Source of the DNA: an uncultured Rivularia sp.
GTDB taxonomy: Bacteria; Cyanobacteriota; Cyanobacteriia; Cyanobacteriales; Nostocaceae
Assembly (NCBI GenBank): GCA_963665115.1
Contig: OY762007.1
Coordinates: 4,352,001 to 4,416,000 of the forward strand
Direction: 5' to 3'
DNA: 64,000 bases
Part shown: piece after piece, positions 10,371 to 19,742 of the stretch
Numbering within the stretch: position 1 is the first letter of the stretch
Layout of the letters: the number at the start of each line of letters is the position of its first letter
Translations under genes and position numbers: made by a program
Notes under the pieces: generated by a model
Databases searched by the model: none
Told to the model about the DNA's origin: nothing
The model's input: the letters and a program-made list of their open reading frames with translations, nothing else

Positions 10371-11192
10371 AAATTCAGTATCAAGAAATAAAGGCATCTG
10401 AGGAAGCATATCGTAAATTTAGATTATCTCAAGCAAGAGGCCGTATTTGTTGTTTTGGATTATCTTTGGTTATGGCGATCGCCATTCTACATCCTTCAAT
10501 AAATCAATGGTTTGAGACTAAACTTCAATTAAACCGTATTGCTGTAATTAGTTTTTCAAAAAGCCTCAATAAACCAAAACAAGCTGATAAAATTGCTGTT
10601 GCACTTGTAAACTACGCACGCAGACAAAAGTGGGAAGTACGAACAGGGGAGCGTCATTACAACATTTTTTATGTTCAAGGTATGTTTCCATCAGGCATCA
10701 AAAATGATAACAAACCGAACCAGTTCAATGATTCCCGGTTTTTAGTAGAAGTAAATCCCACTCCCAGACTGATTAGTGCTTGGGAAGCGTCTATTGAACC
10801 GGGTAATTATTATACTAAGCAGCCTATGAATGCTTTGGGCGCTGCACAGATAAAAGTTCCCGGACAGTATAAAGCTTGGCGGATTGGAAAACACAAAGGG
10901 TCGTGAGATTGCATTAGTTCAAGTTGCACCAGTAAACATAATCCGGGACTTCAACCGTAATAGCAAAATTGATAAATATGATAAGAAGGAATATTCAATA
11001 ATTGGAGCGAATCAACATAGTGGAAACGACCAAAAGTTTGTTGATAATGCAAGCGCTGGATGTCCGGTAGGACGAACATCTAAAGGACATCAAGAATTTA
11101 TGAGTTATTTATACAAAGACGTGGGTTATCAAGCAAATAATAATTTCATATTTTCAACTACATTTATTTCAGCAAAAGAATTGAAATTTTAA
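10328..11192 (+). CDS. Membrane-anchored putative cell-wall enzyme with L,D-transpeptidase-like H...SAGC motif (extra G at ~10899 splits it)
   Basis: Removing one G from AAAGGGTCGTGAG gives HKGREIALVQ and joins ORFs 10328..10906 and 10884..11192. Motif NQHSGNDQKFVDNASAGCPVG; N-terminal TM segment. Confidence 0.6.
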
Positions 11193-11197
11193 CTTTT

Positions 11198-11626
11198 ATG
11201 CCCAGCAGGAAATTGAGAATGAAAACAAAAAAATATCTGTCTCCAAGCGATTATTATTCGTACATTAAATCTGATGCTTGGAGAAGTAAGCACTATCACT
11301 GGCTAAAACAATCTAGCAATAGATGTTCGATGTTTCCTTGGATAAGAATAGGCAAATATGCTACTAGAAAATATGGTAAATACAACATACATCATACAGG
11401 GGTTGGCTATCGACATTTGGGACATGAGGAATTAGGTAAAGATGTACTTCCGCTTTGCCCGTTTGCTCATTGGTTAATTCATGGTGGACATATGAAAGCT
11501 AAAGCTCCTTGGCAACCTAATGCTATTCAAAAAACTTTGCATTTATGGTGCAGTTTACCACTAATTATGAAACAACTATTTTTGTTGTTTAGTGGTTTAT
11601 TAATAATATTTTATTTAAGAGCATGA
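11198..11626 (+). CDS. HNH-endonuclease-like protein with hydrophobic C-terminus
   Basis: YIKSDAW, RCSM, IHH...YRHLGHE...DVLPLCPFAHWLIH pattern. Confidence 0.55.
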   Translation: MPSRKLRMKTKKYLSPSDYYSYIKSDAWRSKHYHWLKQSSNRCSMFPWIRIGKYATRKYGKYNIHHTGVGYRHLGHEELGKDVLPLCPFAHWLIHGGHMKAKAPWQPNAIQKTLHLWCSLPLIMKQLFLLFSGLLIIFYLRA

Positions 11627-11664
11627 ATAGAATTATTTAGTGGTGTTTTATTTCTATGTAGATA

Positions 11665-12462
11665 ATGAGAGATTCAATAAAGTTAGGATACAAATGGGAT
11701 TTACTCAATATACTATTACTATTTTTGATTACAAGTTTTGCATTAAGTAAACCCGCAATTAAATTTATTTCAAATGGGGTAAAAAGTATCTCTCCAACTC
11801 CTACTTCATATTCTGGAAGGTTAAACGATTTATTTGCTAACAACTCTTCTATAGGTGTATTAGCAATCTGTGCATCTGAAGGAAATTGTCAGCTTGATGG
11901 TAGCAGAACAAAGCTTTATTCAGGTCATGTTGACCCTGGTAATGGGGTTCTAAATAGAGGCTGGTGTAGCGACCAAGGTAGGGGAGGTAATAATTTAGAT
12001 AATGCTGATGCAGTATGTTTAAAGAGAACTATAAGCCGTATTCCTAGATTAGCTAACAAACTCAAAAATGTTGGCATAAATCCCGAAAAAAATATTGAAG
12101 CATTTATTAATAATTTAGACCAATGGAATCAAGCATCTCCTCGTGTCTCAGATGCTTTTGCAAAAAAATATGCTGATGCTTTGAAGAAAGGATTAACGGG
12201 TAAAGAAGCTATTTTATGGGCGAGGGTTGAGGCTTTTCGTAAAAGTAATGGAGAACTTGAAGCAGGTAATTCACGAGTAGGTCTATTTTCAATTTGTGCT
12301 AATCCTCAAAATACTTACTACATTACAAGGTTACGACAATATTCAATGTGGTCGGAACGATGGAGATGGAATTGTATTGCTTTAGATCAACAGCGAAGAC
12401 AAGAAGCTATTAATCAAGTTTTAATGAGAAACGAGAATAATTTCAACAATCAAAATAACTAA
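11665..12462 (+). CDS. Membrane-anchored putative lysozyme-like/cell-wall hydrolase
   Basis: N-terminal TM segment; ICASEGN...LYSGHVDPGNG..NRGWCSDQ resembles lysozyme-fold catalytic regions (inference). Confidence 0.55.
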   Translation: MRDSIKLGYKWDLLNILLLFLITSFALSKPAIKFISNGVKSISPTPTSYSGRLNDLFANNSSIGVLAICASEGNCQLDGSRTKLYSGHVDPGNGVLNRGWCSDQGRGGNNLDNADAVCLKRTISRIPRLANKLKNVGINPEKNIEAFINNLDQWNQASPRVSDAFAKKYADALKKGLTGKEAILWARVEAFRKSNGELEAGNSRVGLFSICANPQNTYYITRLRQYSMWSERWRWNCIALDQQRRQEAINQVLMRNENNFNNQNN

Positions 12463-12700
12463 TAATATTAATATAATTATGAAGCAATTATATTCCTGCT
12501 ATCAAGTCGAAGAAGTTTGAAAACATCACTGGTAATGCGTTAGCGAAGCTCACGCCCCGGCATCGCCCTCATTGAAGAACACTACATTCTATCGAAATGG
12601 TTACTCATAGCATCGGATTACGGTGTACCTCAAAAACGCTAAAGGGCGATTTGGTTTGGTTCTAAATTGGCTCCAGTTAATGCACTATCTCCAAGCGATA

Positions 12701-13832
12701 AGTGCCTAAGCAAAATTAATTGTATATTCTGAACCAAAATTTATAAGAATATTTTCGACAGCTTCAACTAAAGTAGAATAACTATCATAGGCATTCACTT
12801 CCAGCCATTTGTATTTAATAAATCGCCATAATATTTCTATAATATTCAAATGAGGGGAATAAGTAGGTAAAAAGAAAATATACAACCCTTTTTTTGACCA
12901 TTCTTCTTCTTTATCCCACAAAAAATTGTTTTGATGTATCGATGAATTATCCATGACTAAAACTGTTTTTTTTGTAATCTTTTTACAAAAATCATCGATA
13001 CAAGCTATAACAACATCACTATTGATACTACAATCAAAAGCATATGCTTCTAATTCGTTATTTCTAGTTAAAAATCCTAAAACGTTTAATCTTTTACTTT
13101 GTTGACTTTTTTCTGTTGTTTTTTGTTTACTTTCTTGCCAAGCATAAGGGATGTATGGAATTAAACAAAAGCCACTTTCATCTACATATCTAATTTCTAT
13201 TTCTCCAATAGATTCTTGTTCTTTTAATTTTTGTAATTCCTGGTATTTTTTATCGTAAAATGCAGGAATGGGAACACCTCCAACTATTCTCTTAATTCTA
13301 TACCAACCCATAGAGGCGATTTTTAACACTCTCTTAATTGTATCTTTGCTTGCTAAAATCCCCCATTCTTTTTCTATTCTATCTTGAACCTTTTCTAAAT
13401 TTTTTGGCGTTTCTTTTACCCATTCTTTAATCACTTTTTGTTGATTAATATTAAAGATTGTTTTACGACCACGACCTGGATTATTATATAATCCTGCCAA
13501 ACTCTCCAAATCCCAATTATTAAACCAGTTATAAATTGTGTTACGACTAACTTTAAATAATTTCATTAATTCTGATATTTTATATCCTTGAAAACTTAAT
13601 TTTATACAATGCGCCCTTTGTCTTACTTGGTAATATTTACTTTGATGATAGATTCTATCTAAAATTTTTAATGTTTCCTTACTTAATCCTTTTATATATC
13701 TCATCTGTTAAAAAATCTATATTACTCTCTCATACTATTTTTTCACAAAGTAGGAGATAACAAGATTTTTTATACCTCGAAGTAATAATTTTAATATTTT
13801 TTTAAATATACAATTAATTTTGCACTAGTACT
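12701..13832 (-). mobile_element. Complete IS630-family insertion sequence with TA target duplication
   Basis: TIRs AGTGCCTAAGCAAAATTAATTGTATATT and AGTACTAGTGCAAAATTAATTGTATATT (reverse complement of the right end), flanked by TA at 12699-12700 and 13833-13834. Confidence 0.92.
12706..13704 (-). CDS. IS630-family transposase
   Basis: N-terminal HTH; DDE motifs YVDESGF, VMDN and PTYSPHLNIIE; uninterrupted single ORF. Confidence 0.95.
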   Translation of the reverse strand: MRYIKGLSKETLKILDRIYHQSKYYQVRQRAHCIKLSFQGYKISELMKLFKVSRNTIYNWFNNWDLESLAGLYNNPGRGRKTIFNINQQKVIKEWVKETPKNLEKVQDRIEKEWGILASKDTIKRVLKIASMGWYRIKRIVGGVPIPAFYDKKYQELQKLKEQESIGEIEIRYVDESGFCLIPYIPYAWQESKQKTTEKSQQSKRLNVLGFLTRNNELEAYAFDCSINSDVVIACIDDFCKKITKKTVLVMDNSSIHQNNFLWDKEEEWSKKGLYIFFLPTYSPHLNIIEILWRFIKYKWLEVNAYDSYSTLVEAVENILINFGSEYTINFA

Positions 13833-14043
13833 TAGAAGGTCCAGTGTGGGAGATGCAATTTCTGACCTTAAAGATATCCCTATTAATTTTTACATTGAAT
13901 ACTTGGGAATGCAGTGAAAAAGGAAAATATGCTTGCTATCTAGAGAATATATTTGCTTTGAAATCAAGAATAAGAACAAACGTTTGTAGTGATTGTAGGG
14001 CAGCCATCAGTCCCGTTCCTAAAATCAAATCAATCCCCGCTTT

Positions 14044-14400
14044 TTGGCAGATGATTCAAATACCAAAGTAAGTAATCAGAACCAGGTGCTAGGGGAAAAT
14101 ATATCACTGCCGATTTCCCTTAGCACCCAATTAGAAGGTGAGAGCCAAAACCATGAAGACACTTCATTATTATCAACTGATTCAAATACCCAAGTAAGTA
14201 ATGACGATCAAGTGCTAGGGGAAAACATATTACATTTAAATTCCCCGCTTCTCCCATCGTAAACGTGGTGAGGGCAGTGGTAATATTTTCTTGAGTTACG
14301 CCCATGCTAATAGCAATAACAAGAAACCAGTCAAACAGCTTTACTTCGAGTGGGAATATGGGGGTAAAAGAGGAAAGACTTATGTGCGTTTAGCTGAGTC
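14044..14400 (+). pseudogene. Fragmented element gene with ~50-bp internal direct repeat and basic C-terminal domain
   Basis: gattcaaatacc.aagtaagtaat...gtgctaggggaaaa at ~14053 and ~14179. A shifted frame reads HRKRGEGSGNIF...QLYFEWEYGGKRGKTYVR. Confidence 0.45.
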
Positions 14401-14628
14401 CCAAGGGGACACGCTGCGCGAACGCTAATTGCCTGCATGTCTAACGCACTTAACCTAGTATTTTCGAGACACCAAAGTTATCTGTATTAGACATCTCCGA
14501 AAACAGCCAAAGTCTTACTATAACTACTTTTTAAATTACGATTACCTATATGTTGCATCTTGTATTAGATAAGTTTGAAAGTTGTTAGTATTTGCAATTT
14601 CCTTAAAATACCACATCGTACATAAAAC

Positions 14629-15468
14629 TTGAGTCTTAAACACGGTTCCTGGTTTGAGGTCGTAAAAAGGAAATTCTGGTTCGGTGCATCCCAAACAAGG
14701 TACTCCGGCGCGTGTTTTTGATGAGACGCGATTCCATAAGATGCGATTGCAGGAAGAATGAGTCATTGGCCCGCGACATCCGATGTCGTAAAATAAGCAT
14801 CCTTTACGTTGAGCAAATTCTGTGGTGGATGCTTTATAAGCAAAGTGGATATTGCGAGTACAACCAGTTTGCGTAAACGTGTTGAAGAAAGTTTGGGGAC
14901 GATGCAAGTCATCGAGGACAATATCGCCGATTCTGCCAGTTGCGATCGCCACCAATATTTGAGTTATCCAGTCCGGGTGGGCTGGGCAGCCGGGAATATT
15001 AATTACGGGTAAACCAGATTTCGACCGAAAGTCTTTACCTAAAAATCCGCCTTCTTCTCGCTTGAGATATTGCAATCCGGTTGAATCGGTGGGGTTTGGT
15101 GCCATCGCGGGAATTCCTCCCCAGCAAGCACAGTCTCCCACCGCTACGACAAAATTGGCAACGTGAGCCAAATCGCTTAACCAATCTTTCATCGGGCGAT
15201 CGGCAAATCTATTCCATTCGCCGGTACCGTTGGGAGCATTAATTACAGAGCCTTCAAATACGAGAATATCGAGGGGCTTTTTACCCAAAAGACATTCCCA
15301 TAGCATCGTCTGTAAATCAATACCCAACTCCATTCCTAGAGATGGATGCCATAGGACGTTAACGCCAAAGTCAGTTACTAAATCAACTGCTGTGGGTTCT
15401 TCGGCGTTTAGGAATGACATGGTGTTGCCACTACAGGCACCACCTTGTAACCATAGTAAATTAGCCAT
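14629..15468 (-). CDS. hupS: Uptake [NiFe]-hydrogenase small subunit, 5' portion (280 codons), interrupted; frame runs on to a stop at 14542
   Basis: MANLLWLQGGACSGNTMSFLNAEEP, GDCA, PGCPAHPDW, FTQTGCTRN, CLFYDIGCRGP, CLGCTEPEFP; no Tat leader, as in cyanobacterial HupS. Confidence 0.95.
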
Positions 15469-15763
15469 CTATTAGTTATCAAATATCATTAATTGAGAAT
15501 TAGCACTAAGGGTTTAACCTTTGATTTCTAATCCTTTACCTTTATTACACACTCTAATAATCTTAATATCAATTAGTTTTTTATTTAGTTGTTCGTCTGT
15601 TTACATAACTTTTTGTTACTTACTGCAAAATTGTTTTATTAAGACCGATAAAACGGTTGTTTTAAATACAAAATAATTTAAATTATCTAGTAAATAATAT
15701 ATAAGTAATTTTATATTTTTCTTTGTTACTTATTGATTCAAACCAGAATATAATTTAATGTCT

Positions 15764-15777
15764 GTACAAGTTATTAC
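15764..15777. promoter_or_regulatory. Candidate NtcA-binding site in the hupS / hyp-upstream divergent region
   Basis: GTAcaagttatTAC = GTA-N8-TAC. A weaker TGT-N10-ACA lies at 15590-15605. The AT-rich background allows chance matches. Confidence 0.45.
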
Positions 15778-16146
15778 TTGTAAACTACTTATAACATAGA
15801 CAATATTATACAGCAAAAATTATTTTCTAAAGACAAATAGATTGTGGCTTGATGTTATTAAATTAACTCTTTGTATTCTATTAATTGTAGATAAATATTA
15901 CAAATAAACTATTTTAAAAAATAAATAAATGAAATAATTTTTGTTTGTATTGCTTTCTTGGAAATATAATATAATCAATAGGGTAGTAAATGTTGAATAT
16001 TCAAAAAAAAGTTGACAGGCTATAAACCATTAAAATTGCAGTTGAAGGGTTTATCTACCATCCAAACTTATAGATAATACTGCTTAATGGTTCTTGTATT
16101 AAAAATAGGAAATAAGCATCTATTTGCAGTCTATTCCAGGATATAG

Positions 16147-17112
16147 ATGGTAATGAACAATAGCATCACGGATTCTGCTGTGAAAGCGGCGATGGAAGCA
16201 ATTGCTGACTCTTCAGCCACAGCACAAGAAAAAATAGAGATGCTGATTGAGGTTGCACAAGGTTTTCTTAAAAAGCCTAAAACTGCTCAAGATTTATACA
16301 ATGCTATTTTTCTGTACGACAAGGCACAAGAGTTGTATGGTGAAGATTTTCCACTCTACCAAGCCCGTGCTAAAGTCGGTAAGGGTGGAGCATTACAAGC
16401 GATTCCTGAAGAAAACGTAGAGTTGCTTTTACAAGCGAAAAGCCTATACGAACAAGCCCTACCGATACTTCAAGAATTAGCCTCACCCGAAGAGATAGCG
16501 GAAGCACAGATGAATTTGGGTTTGGTGCTGCAATCATTAGCATCGTCTAATATGGTGCGGATGACTGACTGCATTCAAACTTACCAAGAAGCTTTACAGG
16601 TGTTTGATTGGGACAAATACCCGCAGGAATACGCAATATTGCACAATAATATTTCTATTGCTTATCTGTCAATGTCTGCGGGTTCGCAAGAACAGTATTT
16701 ATTTGAAGGTTTAGCGGTACAGTCATTTGAAGTAGCTTTAAAGCGAATTAACCTCATCGAACATCCGAGGGAATATGCAATGTTGCAAAACAACTTAGGA
16801 AACGCATTGCAATATTTACCTTCTTCTCATCCCTTTGAAAACAATTCGCGGGCTGTTATAGCTTATGACGAAGCGTTGAAAGTACGTAACCCCAGAGATA
16901 CACCTATCGAATACGCTAATACTATCGCTAATAAAGCTAACGCTTTAATTAACCTACCAGATAAACTCCGCAGACCGGAAGCTGGAAATCAGCAAAATCT
17001 CTTAAAAGCCCATGATTACTATCAACAAGCTTTAGATATATTTACTCAACACGGACAGATTGGACAAGCACAAGCTGTATCTCAGGTATTAGAAGAATTG
17101 GAAATAGGTTAA
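16147..17112 (+). CDS. TPR-repeat protein of the extended hyp cluster
   Basis: Repeated helical motifs (AEAQMNLG, YAILHNNI, YAMLQNNLGNA, YANTIANKANA); position between hupS and hypF. Confidence 0.85.
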   Translation: MVMNNSITDSAVKAAMEAIADSSATAQEKIEMLIEVAQGFLKKPKTAQDLYNAIFLYDKAQELYGEDFPLYQARAKVGKGGALQAIPEENVELLLQAKSLYEQALPILQELASPEEIAEAQMNLGLVLQSLASSNMVRMTDCIQTYQEALQVFDWDKYPQEYAILHNNISIAYLSMSAGSQEQYLFEGLAVQSFEVALKRINLIEHPREYAMLQNNLGNALQYLPSSHPFENNSRAVIAYDEALKVRNPRDTPIEYANTIANKANALINLPDKLRRPEAGNQQNLLKAHDYYQQALDIFTQHGQIGQAQAVSQVLEELEIG

Positions 17113-17232
17113 AGGTCAAAGGTTAGAGATTAAAGGTATTTTTTCTTACTATTCACAGTGATTGGTAATTGAAAAGTAATTAAATTGTATTAGTGTTTTC
17201 TAAAAAATCAAAAATCTAAAATCTAAAATAGA

Positions 17233-17499
17233 ATGGCTGATATTTTAACGAATTATGACTTAAGTGGAATGGTAAATAGTTTAATGGCTGGTGACTTAAA
17301 TTTACTGACGGGTTTTATCTGGTTTATTATCGCAACCCTTGTATCAATGGTTGGTGGTGCGATTGGGGGAATGCTGTTAGCAGGAGAAGAATTAGGATAT
17401 AATTTCGCTGCTATTTTAGGCGGATTATTTGGTCCTGCTGGAGTGATTCCCGGAGCAATTTTAGGGCTAATAGTTTTAAATTTATTAAGTAGTTTCTAG
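17233..17499 (+). CDS. Small Gly-rich membrane protein (hyp-upstream conserved ORF)
   Basis: Two TM segments with GxxxG motifs. Confidence 0.75.
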   Translation: MADILTNYDLSGMVNSLMAGDLNLLTGFIWFIIATLVSMVGGAIGGMLLAGEELGYNFAAILGGLFGPAGVIPGAILGLIVLNLLSSF

Positions 17500-17507
17500 G
17501 TGTAATT

Positions 17508-17732
17508 ATGTTAGAGATAGGTTGGTTTTCCGCAAAATTATTTTTAAAAGGAAAGCTAATGCGGGATGGTATGTATTATGTAAGACAAACATCAATTGGC
17601 ATTAGCATAACTTTCGGAATACTATTTGTACTCGCACAAACAAACATTCCTTTTTGGGTACCGGTAGTATTATCTAGCTTCGTCGGTGGTGTATTTATGC
17701 CATTTTTACTCAAAGATTTGAAAATGAAATGA
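17508..17732 (+). CDS. Small membrane protein (hyp-upstream conserved ORF)
   Basis: Two TM segments; ends MPFLLKDLKMK. Confidence 0.75.
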   Translation: MLEIGWFSAKLFLKGKLMRDGMYYVRQTSIGISITFGILFVLAQTNIPFWVPVVLSSFVGGVFMPFLLKDLKMK

Positions 17733-17910
17733 GTTAGTTGTTAGTGGATAGTTGTTAGTTGGTAGCGATATATTAATATATTGTATTCAAATTGATTTCC
17801 AAGCCCGTATTTCATTTGGGATACTCCCGTTTAATTTTGCTTCAACATTTCTATATTATTAAAAAAAATCCACTAACAACTATCTACTAACAACTAAGAA
17901 CTATCTTCTA

Positions 17911-18384
17911 ATGAACATAAAAGAATTAGTAGAAGAAATCAACCGTTTTGAAGCAATAGTCTCAGAATGGGATGAAAGTCAGCGATGTGTTGCCGCAGGT
18001 TTAAAGCGAGCAATTGAGGATTTACATAAAGAAGCTTTAACGCGGATGATCAAAAGCTTAAAAAAAGATTCGATGTCAGCTTTAAAAAATGCCGTTAAAG
18101 ATGAAGTTGTTTATGGATTGCTTGTATATCACGAATTAGTGAAACCACCGACACCAACTTTAATAAAACGAATTGAAACTGCTCTCGATGCAATTCGCCC
18201 TAGCTTACAAACTCATTCCGGGGATGTGGAATTAATAGGTGTTAAAGAAGCAGATACTGTAGAAGTTAAGTTAATTGGAACTTGTGGTAATTGCCCATCT
18301 TCGACATTAACTTTATCCCAACTCGTTGAAACCGCAATTAAAGAATATTGTCCGGAAATCAAACAGGTTGTATCAGTCAAATAA
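17911..18384 (+). CDS. NifU C-terminal-domain (Nfu) protein
   Basis: IRPSLQTHSGDVEL and GTCGNCPSS. Confidence 0.9.
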   Translation: MNIKELVEEINRFEAIVSEWDESQRCVAAGLKRAIEDLHKEALTRMIKSLKKDSMSALKNAVKDEVVYGLLVYHELVKPPTPTLIKRIETALDAIRPSLQTHSGDVELIGVKEADTVEVKLIGTCGNCPSSTLTLSQLVETAIKEYCPEIKQVVSVK

Positions 18385-18459
18385 ATTTGATTTATTAAAA
18401 GTTCGTATTAAGGATTTTAGCCCTTACTACAAAGCTATAAAAAATACTATTAAACATCA

Positions 18460-19602
18460 ATGTCAAAAATATTGAAAGCAAATGCAGAAATTATTTTAGG
18501 AAAAAGTCTAAAACCAAATGAATTAGCTGTACCTCTAGCACCAAGCAATATAGAAATGTTTGGTCCTCGTGCTGCTTGTTTAATTTCAGAAACTGGCCCT
18601 TTATGGGTATCAGATACGGGACATCATCGATTATTAGGATGGCGAAATTTACCAACTATAGATAGTCAACCTGCTGATTGGGTAATTGGACAACCAAATT
18701 TTAATTCGGAAGGACAAAATGCTAAAGGTAAAACTGGAAAAAACACTTTAAATGTTCCCACTGGAATCTGTGGCTGTGGTGAAGGATTGGCTGTTGCTGA
18801 TGCTTGGAATCACCGGGTTTTAATTTGGAAGACTTTACCTGAAGATAGTAATGTTCCGGCAGATTTAGTATTAGGACAAGCTGATTTTAACAACAATCAA
18901 CCCAATCGCGGAAGTTCAACAGCAGCAGCAAATACTTTAAACTGGTGTTATGGAGTTTTCTATCATCAAGAAAAGCTATTTGTTGCCGATACGGGAAATC
19001 GTCGTCTGCTAATTTGGCATCAGTTACCTGAAGAAAACGGACAGCCAGCGGATGTGGTTTTAGGACAAACCGATATGGAATCACGCGATGAAAACGGTGG
19101 TGGTAATCCTACTGCTTCTACTATGCGTTGGTGTCACGATATTACCGTTTGGGATAATAATTTGGTTGTCACCGATGCGGGTAATAATCGTGTGATGATT
19201 TGGCAAGGAATACCTACAGAAAACAATGCTCCTTGTACGGTAGTTACAGGGCAAAAAACTTTTGATTTAGTAGAAATGAATCAAGGAGTTTATTTTCCCA
19301 AAGCAGATAGTTTAAGTATGCCTTATGGTGTTGCTGCTACTCAAGATTGGTTATTAGTTAGCGATACAGCTAATTCTCGCTTATTAGCCTGGAAAAAACC
19401 ATCATCAATTTTATCGTTACAAGGTGCTGATGCTGATTTAGTAATTGGACAAAATAATTTTCATAGCAAAGGAGAAAATCGTGATTATGGATTACCAAGC
19501 CGTGATAGTTTAAATTGGTCTTATGGCGTTAATGTGCATAATAATACAGCAGTTATAGCCGATTCTGGAAATAATAGAGTTTTATTGTGGAAAATTAGTT
19601 AG
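18460..19602 (+). CDS. NHL-repeat protein
   Basis: Repeats VSDTGHHRLL, VADAWNHRVL, VADTGNRRLL, VTDAGNNRVM, VSDTANSRLL, IADSGNNRVL. Confidence 0.9.
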   Translation: MSKILKANAEIILGKSLKPNELAVPLAPSNIEMFGPRAACLISETGPLWVSDTGHHRLLGWRNLPTIDSQPADWVIGQPNFNSEGQNAKGKTGKNTLNVPTGICGCGEGLAVADAWNHRVLIWKTLPEDSNVPADLVLGQADFNNNQPNRGSSTAAANTLNWCYGVFYHQEKLFVADTGNRRLLIWHQLPEENGQPADVVLGQTDMESRDENGGGNPTASTMRWCHDITVWDNNLVVTDAGNNRVMIWQGIPTENNAPCTVVTGQKTFDLVEMNQGVYFPKADSLSMPYGVAATQDWLLVSDTANSRLLAWKKPSSILSLQGADADLVIGQNNFHSKGENRDYGLPSRDSLNWSYGVNVHNNTAVIADSGNNRVLLWKIS

Positions 19603-19742
19603 CAATACCCTATAAGGGTATCGCTACATGAACAAAGCCTGCCTTCGCAGGCTGTAACTTCTTTAGCCTGTGGAAGCAGGCTTGGTAATTGTAGCCCCAG
19701 GCTTATAGCCCTATGGCTGTCGTTTTGCTAAAAGCTTCAACC

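Larger units (their letters stand above)
12486..13890 (+). pseudogene. Decayed C5 DNA methyltransferase interrupted by a 22-nt HIP1 insertion, a stop codon and IS630
   Basis: With inserts removed the frame reads NYIPAIKSKKFENITGNAIALIEEHYILSKWLLIASDYGVPQKR*RAIWFGSKLAPVNALSPSDRRSSVGDAISDLKDIPIN, containing the DYGVPQxRxR and VGDAISDL motifs. Confidence 0.8.
1..14625. mobile_element. Right-hand part of a putative excision/integrative element interrupting hupS (far end and recombinase outside window)
   Basis: hupS homology stops after KTQ (codon 280, nt 14631-14629). The HupS C-terminus and hupL are absent from the following 14.6 kb, which holds methylases, HTH regulators, an ATPase operon, an IS and pseudogenes. 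Confidence 0.75.

Noticed and set aside
1..14625. Prophage
   Set aside because: No recognisable capsid, terminase, portal or tail genes in the visible part; cannot be excluded for the unseen part.
14542..14628. Novel C-terminal tail of HupS
   Set aside because: No resemblance to the conserved HupS end; best explained as read-through across an insertion junction.
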